From contig JANOGE010000133.1 of the NCBI GenBank assembly GCA_031414035.1, positions 15,216 through 79,215 on the forward strand: 64,000 bases of DNA, in the 5' to 3' direction. Position 1 is the stretch's first letter, and every line of letters begins with the position of its first letter. Below the pieces are notes generated by a model. That model searched no databases, had not been told where the DNA came from, and saw only the letters and a program-made list of their open reading frames with translations. The stretch comes from Chitinophagaceae bacterium. GTDB taxonomy: Bacteria; Bacteroidota; Bacteroidia; Chitinophagales; Chitinophagaceae. This document shows, in pieces, positions 8,214-17,925 of this stretch. Position numbers and translations under genes: made by a program.

Positions 8214-10694
8214 TTATGTATTCTTTTTTATTTTATTTTTAAAGGTCAGATAATCCAGGAAATAAATAACCCTGACAGACAGGCTGTTGAACTGGGAACC
8301 GTCAATCGTATTACCAAGGTTTTTAACATAACTCTTTTCAAACTCCCGGTTAAAGCTTTCACCAATATCTTTCCAGGCAATACTTAAAAAACTGCCCGGC
8401 GCAAATTGCCAGTTATAGACCATATCTACACTTAAGTAATTATAATTCTGTTTTACATTTTTTGCAAATGGTGTTGTGGGTGTTTGCAGATCACCAAATT
8501 TATCCAGCTCATAAAACTGTACCGGATCTACTTTACTCCAATAATGCCTGGCTCTTATGGTTAGTCCCATACGGTTTGTGAAATTGTATTTAATGTTTAT
8601 CACATTTTCAACACCAGTAACATTTCTTCTGGAAAAAATTACAGTATCTCTGCTTGGTCCTATATTTGCAGCCCAGCCCGACTGGTTCTTACTGTTGCTA
8701 ATATTGATTGAATTATCAATTGAGAATTTACTGCTGAAACGGATCTTTCCCGACAAACTATATTCAGTACTTTTCCGGTTAAACACACCTCCTGTACCTG
8801 CAAAAAGGCTTCCTCCCCATGAAAGTTTTTTAGACGAATTACTTTCCCACCATGCATTAATTCCAATTCTTCCCTTATCCCGGAAAACACGGCCATAATA
8901 CCGGGGTTCATAAAAATCATTGCGCCCCGGGCCACCGTTAATATTAATACCAACCCACCAGAGTTTTTTAGTTTGGCCATTAAAATTAAAATTGATACCG
9001 GCTCCCTGGTACATCATTTCTTTACGCCGCAAAATATCAATGGGTGTTACAAGCCTGCTATACCATACATTTGAATTGATCCGCTTCTGGTTAAACCAAC
9101 CTTTGGGTTTGGTCCAGTTAAAACCTGCCCACACGCCCTGGTCCATGGTATTGTTATTTGTAAAATATCCAAAATCGCTTTTGTCATATTTATCATTATA
9201 TAACTCCTGCCATATTCTGAAATTAAAACGGCCGCTTGTTTTACCAAAATAAACACTGTGTGCATAGCCAGTTGTATTCTTACCTTCTTTTCCAATTAAA
9301 TTACTAAAACTTACATTGCCGCCAATATTCCATTTATTTTTTTTATCGTTAAAATCAAAAAGGGCCGTAGTTACATTGGCATCATAATCAGTTCCGCTGC
9401 GCCATACATTGGTATTTACCAACGAAACACTGCTGTTGTTTTTTAATGTTTGATCCAATACAAGAACATTGTAATTGGTAAATGGCATATTCACTTCTTT
9501 CCTGGTTTCCTTGGTATCAATATTCTGAAATTCTGTGTATTGCTTTTGTGTTATCGCATTTAAAATACCCACTCCGAGCCCTTTTTGTGTACGACCGCTG
9601 ATTTTGGTTGCATTAATGATCTTTGCCTGATCGGGATCTGCAGTTACCGTTTCATTTGCTTCCGGCGTCAGCCATTTTTTATACCTGGGTTCTATGCCAA
9701 TCCGGCGGCTATAAAACAGATCGCCTTTTCCAAAAAGCTCTGTACCCTCTGTAAAAAAAGCACGGTTCTCATTAAATTTTTGCTCAAATGGAGTAAGGTT
9801 TAAAATACGGTTATCAGACTGCACCTGCCCAAAATCAGGTATCAGGGTCATATCCAAAGTAAAGGCCTGGTTTATTCCATACTTTACATCCATACCCCCG
9901 TTAAAAGTCGTTTTACTTTTATTTTCATTAGCAGTACCATCATGATTCATATACGTTGAAAAATACGGAGAGAACTGTAAACGCATTGGCGGCTTAATGT
10001 TTTCCAGCCCGGTAAACGATCCTTCCTGCGTTAAAAAACCATTGGCATTGGGATCTATGGATTGCCAGAATAACTGTTGTCCGCTTTTTTGCCTGCGCCT
10101 CACAATATTTAATCCCCAGTCCTGTACATTTTTTTTACCAAACCTGATGGCTGAATAGGGTATAAACATCTCAAATGTCCAGCCATCATTCTGTAATTTT
10201 GATTTACTTTCCCAAACAGCATTCCAGCTGAAGTCTTCGCTGTTACCATTTGTATTGGGCGATACTTTAGCATCCATCTGCTCTCCAAGCGGGGTAACAA
10301 AATATTCAAACCCGTTCAGTTTGTCATTATACGTATCAAAGATCACTCCTATAAAATCGTTATTACCAAACCCGTCACGGCCGGTTAATTCAGCTGCAAT
10401 ACTGTCTTTATTTTTTTCATGTACATATCCGCCAATATAAATGCCTTCATTATTGTACACAAAATAGATCTGTGTTGCGTTATCCGGGTTTTCGGGAACA
10501 AAAGGAGTTGGCCGAAGGGCAATAAATTTATCGGCTACCGGGGCATCTTTCCAGGTAACATCATCTAAAACCCCGTCAATTTTAATGGTTGATTGAATTC
10601 TTTTAGCAGCTAATTGTTTTTTTTCGGTTTGGCTAAAAGCAGCTGAAGTTAGCAGTATGCAAAAGCATAATGCTTTTAATTTAAAACATTTCAT
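8214..10694 (-). CDS. DUF5916-type outer-membrane/secreted protein with CBM9-like N-terminal domain
   Basis: 826-aa ORF with signal peptide MKCFKLKALCFCILLTSAAFSQ. The N-terminal IDGVLDDVTWKDAPVADKFI motif is typical of carbohydrate-binding family 9-like/DUF5916 proteins. The rest is a long beta-rich region. Confidence 0.65.
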   Translation of the reverse strand: MKCFKLKALCFCILLTSAAFSQTEKKQLAAKRIQSTIKIDGVLDDVTWKDAPVADKFIALRPTPFVPENPDNATQIYFVYNNEGIYIGGYVHEKNKDSIAAELTGRDGFGNNDFIGVIFDTYNDKLNGFEYFVTPLGEQMDAKVSPNTNGNSEDFSWNAVWESKSKLQNDGWTFEMFIPYSAIRFGKKNVQDWGLNIVRRRQKSGQQLFWQSIDPNANGFLTQEGSFTGLENIKPPMRLQFSPYFSTYMNHDGTANENKSKTTFNGGMDVKYGINQAFTLDMTLIPDFGQVQSDNRILNLTPFEQKFNENRAFFTEGTELFGKGDLFYSRRIGIEPRYKKWLTPEANETVTADPDQAKIINATKISGRTQKGLGVGILNAITQKQYTEFQNIDTKETRKEVNMPFTNYNVLVLDQTLKNNSSVSLVNTNVWRSGTDYDANVTTALFDFNDKKNKWNIGGNVSFSNLIGKEGKNTTGYAHSVYFGKTSGRFNFRIWQELYNDKYDKSDFGYFTNNNTMDQGVWAGFNWTKPKGWFNQKRINSNVWYSRLVTPIDILRRKEMMYQGAGINFNFNGQTKKLWWVGININGGPGRNDFYEPRYYGRVFRDKGRIGINAWWESNSSKKLSWGGSLFAGTGGVFNRKSTEYSLSGKIRFSSKFSIDNSINISNSKNQSGWAANIGPSRDTVIFSRRNVTGVENVINIKYNFTNRMGLTIRARHYWSKVDPVQFYELDKFGDLQTPTTPFAKNVKQNYNYLSVDMVYNWQFAPGSFLSIAWKDIGESFNREFEKSYVKNLGNTIDGSQFNSLSVRVIYFLDYLTFKNKIKKNT

Positions 10695-10827
10695 GGCTAT
10701 ACTTTATTGGTTTGCGAATACATCATTCATGGCGTAATAATGTTAGTACGAAAATAAACGTACCCGCTCAATAAAGTTTACCGTTCATCAAACAAAAAGG
10801 CTTTTAGGAAATCATTAACATGGTCAA

Positions 10828-11646
10828 CTAAACAAAAAGGTCCTTGTACAGCTGTGCCCCCTGTACAACGGAATACTTTTCAAGGTCTGTAATTCCTTCT
10901 GCTGCAAGTACCTCTTCATCAATAAAAGTATGGCCTGTGCAAATGGTTGAAGGCCTGGATAAAATATAGTATGCCGAATCTGCAATGATTTCTGCAGTCC
11001 TGCTCATTTTCATCAGCATTTCGCCACCCAGTAAATTATTTACAGCGGCCGTGGCAATGGTAGTGCGTGGCCACAGGGCATTGGCTGCAATATTGTATTT
11101 TTTTAATTCGGCAGATAATCCCAGTGCGATCATGCTCATGTCATATTTGCTGATGGTATAAGCCAGATGGTTTTCAAACCACTTTAAATTCATATTGATG
11201 GGTGGAGATAAATTTAATATATGTGCATTGGTGCCCTTTTTAAGATAAGGGATGCAGGCTTTACTCATCATGAATGTACCTCTCACATTTATATCATACA
11301 TCAGGTCAAATCGCTTGGGTTCGGTTTGTTCTGTTGGCGTTAAATTAATGGCCGATGCATTATTTATAAAAATATCAATGCTCCCAAATTTTTCTACCGT
11401 CTTTTCAATCACGTTTTGAATTTGCTCTTCAAAACGGATATCACATTGTACTGCCAATGCCTTACCACCTGCAGCTTCCATCTCTGCGGCTGCAGAAAAA
11501 ATAGTGCCGCCCAGCTTTGGGTTTTCTTCCACACTTTTGGATGCAATAACAATATTAGCTCCTTCTTTGGCCAGGCGTAAACCTATGGCTTTACCAATAC
11601 CACGGGAGGCGCCGGTAATAATTACTGTTTTATTTTGAAAATTCAT
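10828..11646 (-). CDS. SDR family NAD(P)-dependent oxidoreductase (HSDL2-like)
   Basis: 272 aa. It has the TGASRGIGKAI cofactor motif, an NNAS motif and YTISK (YxxxK). Confidence 0.85.
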   Translation of the reverse strand: MNFQNKTVIITGASRGIGKAIGLRLAKEGANIVIASKSVEENPKLGGTIFSAAAEMEAAGGKALAVQCDIRFEEQIQNVIEKTVEKFGSIDIFINNASAINLTPTEQTEPKRFDLMYDINVRGTFMMSKACIPYLKKGTNAHILNLSPPINMNLKWFENHLAYTISKYDMSMIALGLSAELKKYNIAANALWPRTTIATAAVNNLLGGEMLMKMSRTAEIIADSAYYILSRPSTICTGHTFIDEEVLAAEGITDLEKYSVVQGAQLYKDLFV

Positions 11647-11653
11647 ACCATTA

Positions 11654-12064
11654 TCAGTTAAGGGTTACTTCGTATGTTTTATCTGTATTAAGCGTTTTTG
11701 ATATCAGGCAGTTGGCTTTTACATCTTCCATACATTCATCAAATTTTTCCTGGCTTATACCAGGTACTTTTACAGATACCACCAAATGAGAGTTGGTGAT
11801 AGAGCCACTGTCTAATGTAATGGTACAGTTCACCGTTATCACTTCTGCAGTAAAGCCTGCTGCATTTAATACAAAGCTCAGCTTCATGGCAAAACAGCCG
11901 GCATGGGCAGCTGCCACCAGTTCTTCAGGATTGGTACCAATACCATCTGCAAACCGTGAGTTAAATGAATACTGTGTTTGATTTAAAACACTGCTTTGTG
12001 TTGTAAGATGACCTGTGCCTTCTTTTCCTGTTCCGTTCCAAACGGCTGTTGCATTACGTTTCAT
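11654..12064 (-). CDS. OsmC family peroxiredoxin
   Basis: 136 aa. The segments NPEELVAAAHAGCFAM and ...NCLISKTL carry the two conserved Cys characteristic of OsmC/Ohr. Confidence 0.8.
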   Translation of the reverse strand: MKRNATAVWNGTGKEGTGHLTTQSSVLNQTQYSFNSRFADGIGTNPEELVAAAHAGCFAMKLSFVLNAAGFTAEVITVNCTITLDSGSITNSHLVVSVKVPGISQEKFDECMEDVKANCLISKTLNTDKTYEVTLN

Positions 12065-12069
12065 GTTTT

Positions 12070-12423
12070 TTATTTTAGTTGTTTATTATATTGTTCTTCA
12101 TTAAAACCTACAATTAAATCAATCCCGTTTTCTATAACCGGTCGTTTTATAATACTGTTATTTTTTATCATCACTAATATTGCCGATGATTGCCCGGTCA
12201 CTTTTTTCTTTTCCGCTTCCGGTATTTCCCTCCAGGTAGTGCTTCTTTTATTAAAGATGATTTCCCATCCTGTTTTATTACACCATGCTTCGAGTTTTTG
12301 TTTACTTATCCCATCCTGCTTATAATCATGAAAAGAAAAAACGATCTTTTTCCTGTTCAGCCATTTCATTGCTTTTCTTGTACTATCACAATTCGGAATA
12401 CCATACACAGTTATGTCTGCCAT
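12070..12423 (-). CDS. ArsC/Spx/YffB family thioredoxin-fold protein
   Basis: 117 aa. The N-terminal ITVYGIPNCDSTRKAMKWL and C-terminal IKRPVI motifs are typical of the ArsC/Spx family. Confidence 0.8.
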   Translation of the reverse strand: MADITVYGIPNCDSTRKAMKWLNRKKIVFSFHDYKQDGISKQKLEAWCNKTGWEIIFNKRSTTWREIPEAEKKKVTGQSSAILVMIKNNSIIKRPVIENGIDLIVGFNEEQYNKQLK

Positions 12424-12424
12424 A

Positions 12425-13414
12425 TTAAAATTCGGGTAATTTTGGTTTTGTTTTCATAATAGTCTCTATCTTCTCCATAGTATCCGGAGTAAGCTGTGAA
12501 ACTACATCTAAAGCTTTTAAGTTATCCAGCAACTGCGTTTTTTTTGTAGCTCCCAAAATAGCCGTACTTACATTGGGATTTTTAATACACCATGCTATAC
12601 TTAAAGAGGCGGTGCTTACCCCCAATTTAGCGGCCAGTTCACTCAGTTTTTTAACTTTTTTCACTTTCTCATCCATCACCCATCTCTCTTTTAACCAATC
12701 GAAACCTTCCAATGCAAAACGACTTCCTTTTGGAATTCCATCGTTATATTTTCCGGTTAAAAGGCCAGATGCCAGGGGGCTCCAGATCGTTGTTCCCAAA
12801 CCTGTTGTTTTAAACAACTGCAGGAATTCATTTTCCATTTTGTCCCGCTCAAACAAATTGTACTGCGGCTGTTCCATGGATGGGCCAATGAGATGGTATT
12901 GTTGTGCCACTTTATGTGCTTCCATGATTTCAACGCCGCTCCATTCGCTGGTACCCCAGTATAATACTTTGCCCTGCTGAATGAGATGGTTCATGGCCCA
13001 TACCGTTTCTTCAACAGGCGTATTTTTATCGGCCCGGTGGCAAAAATATAAATCCAGGTAATCAACCTGTAATCTCTGTAAAGCCTCGTTGCAGGCTTCT
13101 ATTAAATGCTTGCGGTTACAACCGGTTTGATTGGGTTTATTATCTTTTCCCCGCCATCCCCAAAATGCTTTTGATGAAACCGTATAGGAGGTACGGTCCC
13201 ATTTTTTCTTTTTCAGCACCCGGCCCATCATTTTTTCACTTTCGCCCAATGCATAAACTTCGGCATTATCAAAAAAATTGATGCCGTTATCATAAGCAAG
13301 TCCCATTAATTCATCGGCAACCCTGTCATTAATTTGCTTACTGAAGCTCACCCAGCTGCCAAAAGACAAAACGCTAACCTGTAAGCCCGATCCTCCGAGG
13401 CGTCGATATTCCAT
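12425..13414 (-). CDS. Aldo/keto reductase (Kv-beta-subunit-like)
   Basis: 329 aa. MEYRRLGGSGLQVSVLSFGSW..., FFDNAEVY, LDLYFCHRAD and GTSEW are AKR signatures. Confidence 0.85.
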   Translation of the reverse strand: MEYRRLGGSGLQVSVLSFGSWVSFSKQINDRVADELMGLAYDNGINFFDNAEVYALGESEKMMGRVLKKKKWDRTSYTVSSKAFWGWRGKDNKPNQTGCNRKHLIEACNEALQRLQVDYLDLYFCHRADKNTPVEETVWAMNHLIQQGKVLYWGTSEWSGVEIMEAHKVAQQYHLIGPSMEQPQYNLFERDKMENEFLQLFKTTGLGTTIWSPLASGLLTGKYNDGIPKGSRFALEGFDWLKERWVMDEKVKKVKKLSELAAKLGVSTASLSIAWCIKNPNVSTAILGATKKTQLLDNLKALDVVSQLTPDTMEKIETIMKTKPKLPEF

Positions 13415-13480
13415 AAATATTATTTAGTTGAGTACTAAAGGTTAATATACCAAAATAAAAAGGTTTTACTTTATCATTAT

Positions 13481-14074
13481 TTAATTAGCCGGAAACTGAG
13501 AGTCAGGAATTTTCATCACCCCCTTTGATGGATTCAGGATAACCCAATTTTTAAAATCCTGTGCAGCCTGCATACCTGTACCATTAATGATCTCTAATTT
13601 CCGGCGGATACGTACAGGTTTATCGGTATAAAACTCATTGCCTATCCTGCTTCTGTCCCACCACAGTTCATTGCAATATAAAGTATCCCCTAATATATTT
13701 ATAACAACCACACTGTCTTTTAAAAAAACCTTACTCTGCGTTTCATAATATTTTCCATAAACCGCATCAAGCCTGCTGTCAACACTGCCGGTTTCATTAT
13801 AAAAATCTACGTGTAATTTCCTGGGAAATTCAACATAAGGTATATTATCCTGCACCCTTAACATTAATGGAGATAAAAGTTTTGCCTTGGCCCTGCCCCC
13901 TAAAGTATAATTGATATCGGCGTTTTTTATTTCTTCCACCCCGAGGCTTCTGTTACTGAGGTCTTTCAATTCTTTTTCACTGTTTTCACAGGAGGAAAAC
14001 TGGACAGATAATAAAATCCAGATGGGCACAAAAAGGAAGCTTTTTTTTAAATATACCACCCCCCGGTAGAACAA
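13481..14074 (-). CDS. lptC: LPS export system periplasmic protein LptC (start uncertain)
   Basis: The ORF is open to 14167, but the lipoprotein-like signal KKSFLFVPIWILLSVQFSSC follows in-frame TTG 14074 and GTG 14059. The body (HVDFYNETGSVDSRLDAVYGKYYETQSKVFLKDSVVV) resembles Bacteroidota LptC. It lies downstream of the coaX-OMP genes. Confidence 0.6.
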   Translation of the reverse strand: MFYRGVVYLKKSFLFVPIWILLSVQFSSCENSEKELKDLSNRSLGVEEIKNADINYTLGGRAKAKLLSPLMLRVQDNIPYVEFPRKLHVDFYNETGSVDSRLDAVYGKYYETQSKVFLKDSVVVINILGDTLYCNELWWDRSRIGNEFYTDKPVRIRRKLEIINGTGMQAAQDFKNWVILNPSKGVMKIPDSQFPAN

Positions 14075-14207
14075 CCCTTTCGGGCTGGCTTTAAAACCGG
14101 TATTATCCAGTAAATACACCGGGAAGACCGGTACAGGCCGCCATATGCTGTACACCACTATTGCCATGAAAATAATTGAAGGTATAATTAATTATACTGA
14201 AAATACA

Positions 14208-15536
14208 TTAGTTGTATTTTGGCTTTTGAAACCAGCGGGCATTCATAGAAACCCCGATACTAAAACGTACAATATTTTCACGAAGGTTAGTTTGTTTGTT
14301 ACCCCTGTTACCTATTTCAAGTGCCGTATTTAAAACAACGTATTCGCCGGTGTAGCTAATCCGTTTTAAAGACGTAAGAGGCATTCCGGTTCCAATGGTA
14401 AACCCATATTCCGGCCTTTTGTTATTAACATTTATATAATCGGAACCATAATATAACCCGGCCCTGTATTTTACAAATCTGAAATATTTTTTTGTGGATA
14501 TCCCTGTTTTAATTGGATAATATTGTGCCCCTGCTCTTAGTACCCAGCTATTTTTCACTGCATCAGCCTGTCCGTAATATCTGTAATTGTTCCAGTTTCC
14601 ATATTCAAAATCGGCTCCGTACATCCAGTTTATATTTTCGTAACAGAATCCAAAACCTACCATTGCAGGAAAAACAATTTTTCCTTTTACATCCTTTGCT
14701 TCAAAGACACTGTCTATAGGGAAATGGACACCCCCGGGATCATAAACAATAGTTTCCCTTACAATATCGCTTTTCGCATTTAATTTCTGTTGAAGGTTAC
14801 CATAGAGGCCAAATCTCAAATTTTCTGTAACATTATCTTTTTCATCTTTTTTAAGTACTACATCATATTGCATTCCCCCACTTGCAAAAAAACCGCCAAA
14901 AGTGGTTTCATTGGCTGAGTTGGATTTGTAATAAGTGATACTGTCACTGATAAAACTAAGCTTTGTACTGTACTCTTTACTGCCAAACATATAACCAATA
15001 CTAATACCGATATTGAAATGCTTAATACGCAGGCCTGTACTAAGAAATGCCTGGTTAGTTCCGCCGCTGCCTTCATAAAGTGTATACAAACTGTCGATGC
15101 CGGTAAGCCGTTCGTTTTTTTCTATCTTATAATTTATTTTAGTAACAGGCCTTAATCCAACACTCATTCCCCAAAATATTTTTTTCTTAGCCATCTTAGG
15201 TGTGGTTAACGGAAACCCTAATTGCAGGTAAGAGATGAATGTATTGACTGAAGTGAATTTATTTGCCGGGTTAGAACTCTTTAATATCCTGGTATTCACA
15301 TCAAGGCCAATATCAAAAATGGTATTGTTTATGTTGGCAAGTGATGCAGGGTTGGTAAAATTTAAACTCTGATAACTTTCCAAGGCAGCAGAAATGCCCC
15401 CCATACTTCGTGTAAAAATATTATGATTAGGTGCAAGGTCTCCCAGGCCATATCTTGAATAGGGAGAATTTTCCTGTGCCGTTACACTCATTTGCAGGCT
15501 AAAAGCCACAATTATTAAAGATAAAATTTTAGCCAT
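14208..15536 (-). CDS. Putative outer-membrane beta-barrel protein (function unknown)
   Basis: The ORF runs 14208-15632. The likely start ATG 15536 gives MAKILSLIIVAFSLQMSVTAQ followed by ENSPYSRYGLGDL. Alternating beta-strand-like sequence ends ...WFQKPKYN. The start overlaps the coaX stop in ATGGCTAA. Confidence 0.55.
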   Translation of the reverse strand: MAKILSLIIVAFSLQMSVTAQENSPYSRYGLGDLAPNHNIFTRSMGGISAALESYQSLNFTNPASLANINNTIFDIGLDVNTRILKSSNPANKFTSVNTFISYLQLGFPLTTPKMAKKKIFWGMSVGLRPVTKINYKIEKNERLTGIDSLYTLYEGSGGTNQAFLSTGLRIKHFNIGISIGYMFGSKEYSTKLSFISDSITYYKSNSANETTFGGFFASGGMQYDVVLKKDEKDNVTENLRFGLYGNLQQKLNAKSDIVRETIVYDPGGVHFPIDSVFEAKDVKGKIVFPAMVGFGFCYENINWMYGADFEYGNWNNYRYYGQADAVKNSWVLRAGAQYYPIKTGISTKKYFRFVKYRAGLYYGSDYINVNNKRPEYGFTIGTGMPLTSLKRISYTGEYVVLNTALEIGNRGNKQTNLRENIVRFSIGVSMNARWFQKPKYN

Positions 15537-16257
15537 TGTTAGTTTCACTGAGTGCATACAAACCTTTAAATAAGAAATTAGAGTCGGCAAATATCTTGTT
15601 TTTAAGTTGCCCGGCAAAATAGGCTGTATCACCCCCGGTTAAAACCACGTTAAAGTTGCCGTATTTACAGGCATAAGAATCAATGAAACCGTCTATTTCA
15701 TAGGCCATTCCGGCAATTACGCCACTCTGCATATTTGTTTTGGTATCATAGCCGATCAGGGGGAAATTCCAGTCTTTTTCTACTGCCGGAAGTTTTGCCG
15801 TAAAAACCTGCATCGCTTTAAACCGCATTTCCATACCAGGAGAAATGCTGCCCCCGATGAACTGATGATATTGATTAATAAAATTATAAGTAATGCAGCT
15901 GCCCATCGCAATAATGAGATTGTTTTTCCGGGGATAATAATGAACGGCTGCAGCAGAAAGTGCCAGCCTGTCGGTGCCGATCGTTTCAGGCTTTCCCACC
16001 GGGGTAGTAAAATTTGTTTTGGTAAAATGAGAGACTTTATGAAATTTAGTTTTTGATGCCAGCAGATTTTCTATTTCTGTGTTATGATCAATTACAGAAG
16101 ACAGGATCGTTTTCTGCGGCTGGAAGGCAGATAATAACTTTTCAATGGTTGCCACTCCATCACCAGGTAAAACGATCTCTTCAGAAAATATTTCATTTTC
16201 AAAAACAGCCGCTTTTAAACGGGTGTTGCCAAAATCGAAGCAAATAGTTTTTATCAT
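15529..16257 (-). CDS. coaX: Type III pantothenate kinase
   Basis: 242 aa. The N-terminal ICFDFGNTRLKAAVF (DxGNT) and GTDR motifs are typical of CoaX. Confidence 0.85.
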   Translation of the reverse strand: MIKTICFDFGNTRLKAAVFENEIFSEEIVLPGDGVATIEKLLSAFQPQKTILSSVIDHNTEIENLLASKTKFHKVSHFTKTNFTTPVGKPETIGTDRLALSAAAVHYYPRKNNLIIAMGSCITYNFINQYHQFIGGSISPGMEMRFKAMQVFTAKLPAVEKDWNFPLIGYDTKTNMQSGVIAGMAYEIDGFIDSYACKYGNFNVVLTGGDTAYFAGQLKNKIFADSNFLFKGLYALSETNNG

Positions 16258-16264
16258 ATTGTTA

Positions 16265-16296
16265 GTTTAGGGGTTTAGGAGTTTAGGGGTTTAAGC
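16265..16296. repeat. Four-unit 8-bp periodic repeat GTTTAGGN immediately upstream of the coaX start
   Basis: The sequence reads gtttaggg gtttagga gtttaggg gtttaagc and starts 8 nt from the coaX ATG (16257). Confidence 0.7.
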
Positions 16297-16335
16297 TGAG
16301 CAATATTATTATTAACTTGCTTACCGAAAAACTCC

Positions 16336-16440
16336 GCAAACTGCAAACTGCAAACTGCAAACTGCAAACTGCAAACTGCAAACTGCAAACTGCAAACTGC
16401 AAACTGCAAACTGCAAACTGCAAACTGCTAACTGCTAACT
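16336..16440. repeat. Heptanucleotide tandem repeat: (GCAAACT)x13 followed by (GCTAACT)x2
   Basis: Counted directly. There are 13 perfect units from 16336 to 16426, then two A-to-T variant units at 16427-16440. The stop codon of the 16435-17070 ORF (TAG, minus strand) lies inside the last variant unit. Confidence 0.95.
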
Positions 16441-17070
16441 ATTCAGCCCTTTTACATTTTTAAAATGTCCGTTCAGTTTCACTTTCTCCTTCAGCATTTC
16501 CATTTCTGCGAGCACCGGTATTACTTTTTTAAGGTGACGCTTTAGATATTCCTCCCGCTGCAGTTCCTTCAGCAATTCCAATAACTCATATTCCTCTTTT
16601 ATAGAAAGGCCTGCCAGATGTGCCACATCATAGGTCCACAATTCCTCATCGGGTTTAGGAAATTTTTTTTCGATCTTCAACAGCTTATGCAGCTCCTTTA
16701 TTCCTTTTACAATGCGCAGCATTAAGGCCTTGTTACCTTTTTCATCGGTATCGGGGTAGTTTACAATGGCTCCGCTGTATAATTTATCCGGAAGAGTGGT
16801 TATGATTTCCAGCATACGGAAAACCTGCAATCCTTCTGTCTTAATGTCCATCTGGCCATCATCATAAACCTTGTTTATTTCTTTCAGTTGAACCAGTGTA
16901 CCCATTTCATTTATTTTTTCATCTATCACAGAAGGGATACCAAATGGTTTCTTTAGTGCAAAACATTCATTTATAAGTTGCTTATACCTGGGTTCAAAGA
17001 TATGCAGGTTAAGCTGCTCGCCGGGGTAAACAACAATGCCAAGGGGAAATATAGGGATGAAGTTGGTCAA
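16435..17070 (-). CDS. LON peptidase N-terminal (substrate-binding) domain protein
   Basis: 211 aa. IPIFPLGIVVYPGEQLNLHIFEPRYKQLI is the classic Lon N-domain opening motif. No ATPase or protease domain is present. Confidence 0.8.
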   Translation of the reverse strand: MTNFIPIFPLGIVVYPGEQLNLHIFEPRYKQLINECFALKKPFGIPSVIDEKINEMGTLVQLKEINKVYDDGQMDIKTEGLQVFRMLEIITTLPDKLYSGAIVNYPDTDEKGNKALMLRIVKGIKELHKLLKIEKKFPKPDEELWTYDVAHLAGLSIKEEYELLELLKELQREEYLKRHLKKVIPVLAEMEMLKEKVKLNGHFKNVKGLNS

Positions 17071-17086
17071 CTGATTTATTTTTAAT

Positions 17087-17845
17087 CTAAAGAATAAGGG
17101 TTTTATTCATGCTGTTAAAATAGCTGTATTTTAAAAAAGTATACCATGCCGTTGTCCTGGCAATGATAAATCCTTCCTTTCCGTCTAAAAAACCCAGCCG
17201 GAAAATATAGTGTTGCAAAAAAGCAAATACCGGTGAAAAATATTGTTTGAAAAAATTTGGTTTCATCCCTGATTCAAAATATTTTTTTGCATTCATCATG
17301 GCATAGCCGCTCATTTTGCCGGTGTACTCCTGCCGGTTACGTACCGTATAATGCAGGATATTTCCTTTAAGCCTGGTTACTTTCACTTCATCTGTTAATA
17401 CCAGATTTTCATGTACTGCCGCCTCATTCCATGTTGCCTTTTTACGGTTGAAAAGCCGGATATGGCTGTCGAAACCCCACTCACCAAAACGAATCCACTT
17501 GTCACAAAAAAAATTCTTAAAGCGGATATCAAATACTTCATTTTCATTGTACAAAGAAAGCTGAAGCAATGACTCTTTCAGTTCATCATCGATCGCCTCA
17601 TCAGCATCCAGGCTAAGTATCCAGTCATGCATTGCTGCAGCAATACCCTTATTTTTGTTTATGCCGTAACCCGCCCAGCTGGTTTCAATAACTGTTGCTT
17701 TAAACTGTTTACAGATATTCACCGTTTCATCGGTGCTGCCGCTGTCAACAACTACAATATCATTGATGACACCCTGCAAACTATGCAGTGTATTGCCAAT
17801 GACCTGTGCTTCATTTTTAGCAATGATGATAACCGAGATATCCAT
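17087..17845 (-). CDS. Glycosyltransferase family 2
   Basis: The ORF runs to 17905, with a likely start at ATG 17845 (MDISVIIIAKNEA...). VVDSGSTDET and LSLDADE (DxD-type) motifs are present. Confidence 0.8.
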   Translation of the reverse strand: MDISVIIIAKNEAQVIGNTLHSLQGVINDIVVVDSGSTDETVNICKQFKATVIETSWAGYGINKNKGIAAAMHDWILSLDADEAIDDELKESLLQLSLYNENEVFDIRFKNFFCDKWIRFGEWGFDSHIRLFNRKKATWNEAAVHENLVLTDEVKVTRLKGNILHYTVRNRQEYTGKMSGYAMMNAKKYFESGMKPNFFKQYFSPVFAFLQHYIFRLGFLDGKEGFIIARTTAWYTFLKYSYFNSMNKTLIL

Positions 17846-17896
17846 CCTGCAAAGAAACAATAAAACAGCATGGAAAATGAGGAAGGAATTGCCAAA

Positions 17897-17925
17897 CTTT
17901 GCCAAAGTTTAAAACTTTGGCAAAG
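17897..17925. promoter_or_regulatory. 11-bp perfect inverted repeat CTTTGCCAAAG-N7-CTTTGGCAAAG in a divergent promoter region (candidate operator)
   Basis: Read directly from the sequence. It lies between the divergent starts at 17845 (minus) and 17978 (plus), so it is not positioned as a terminator. A further GCCAAACTT half-site sits immediately upstream. Confidence 0.35.

Noticed and set aside
16265-16296. TTTAGGG-containing repeats resembling the plant-type telomere repeat
   Set aside because: There are only four imperfect 8-bp units inside a bacterial intergenic leader. The resemblance to TTTAGGG is coincidental.
16336-16440. Possible CRISPR array
   Set aside because: The units are 7 bp, contiguous and have no spacers. 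No cas genes are in the window. It is a simple tandem repeat.
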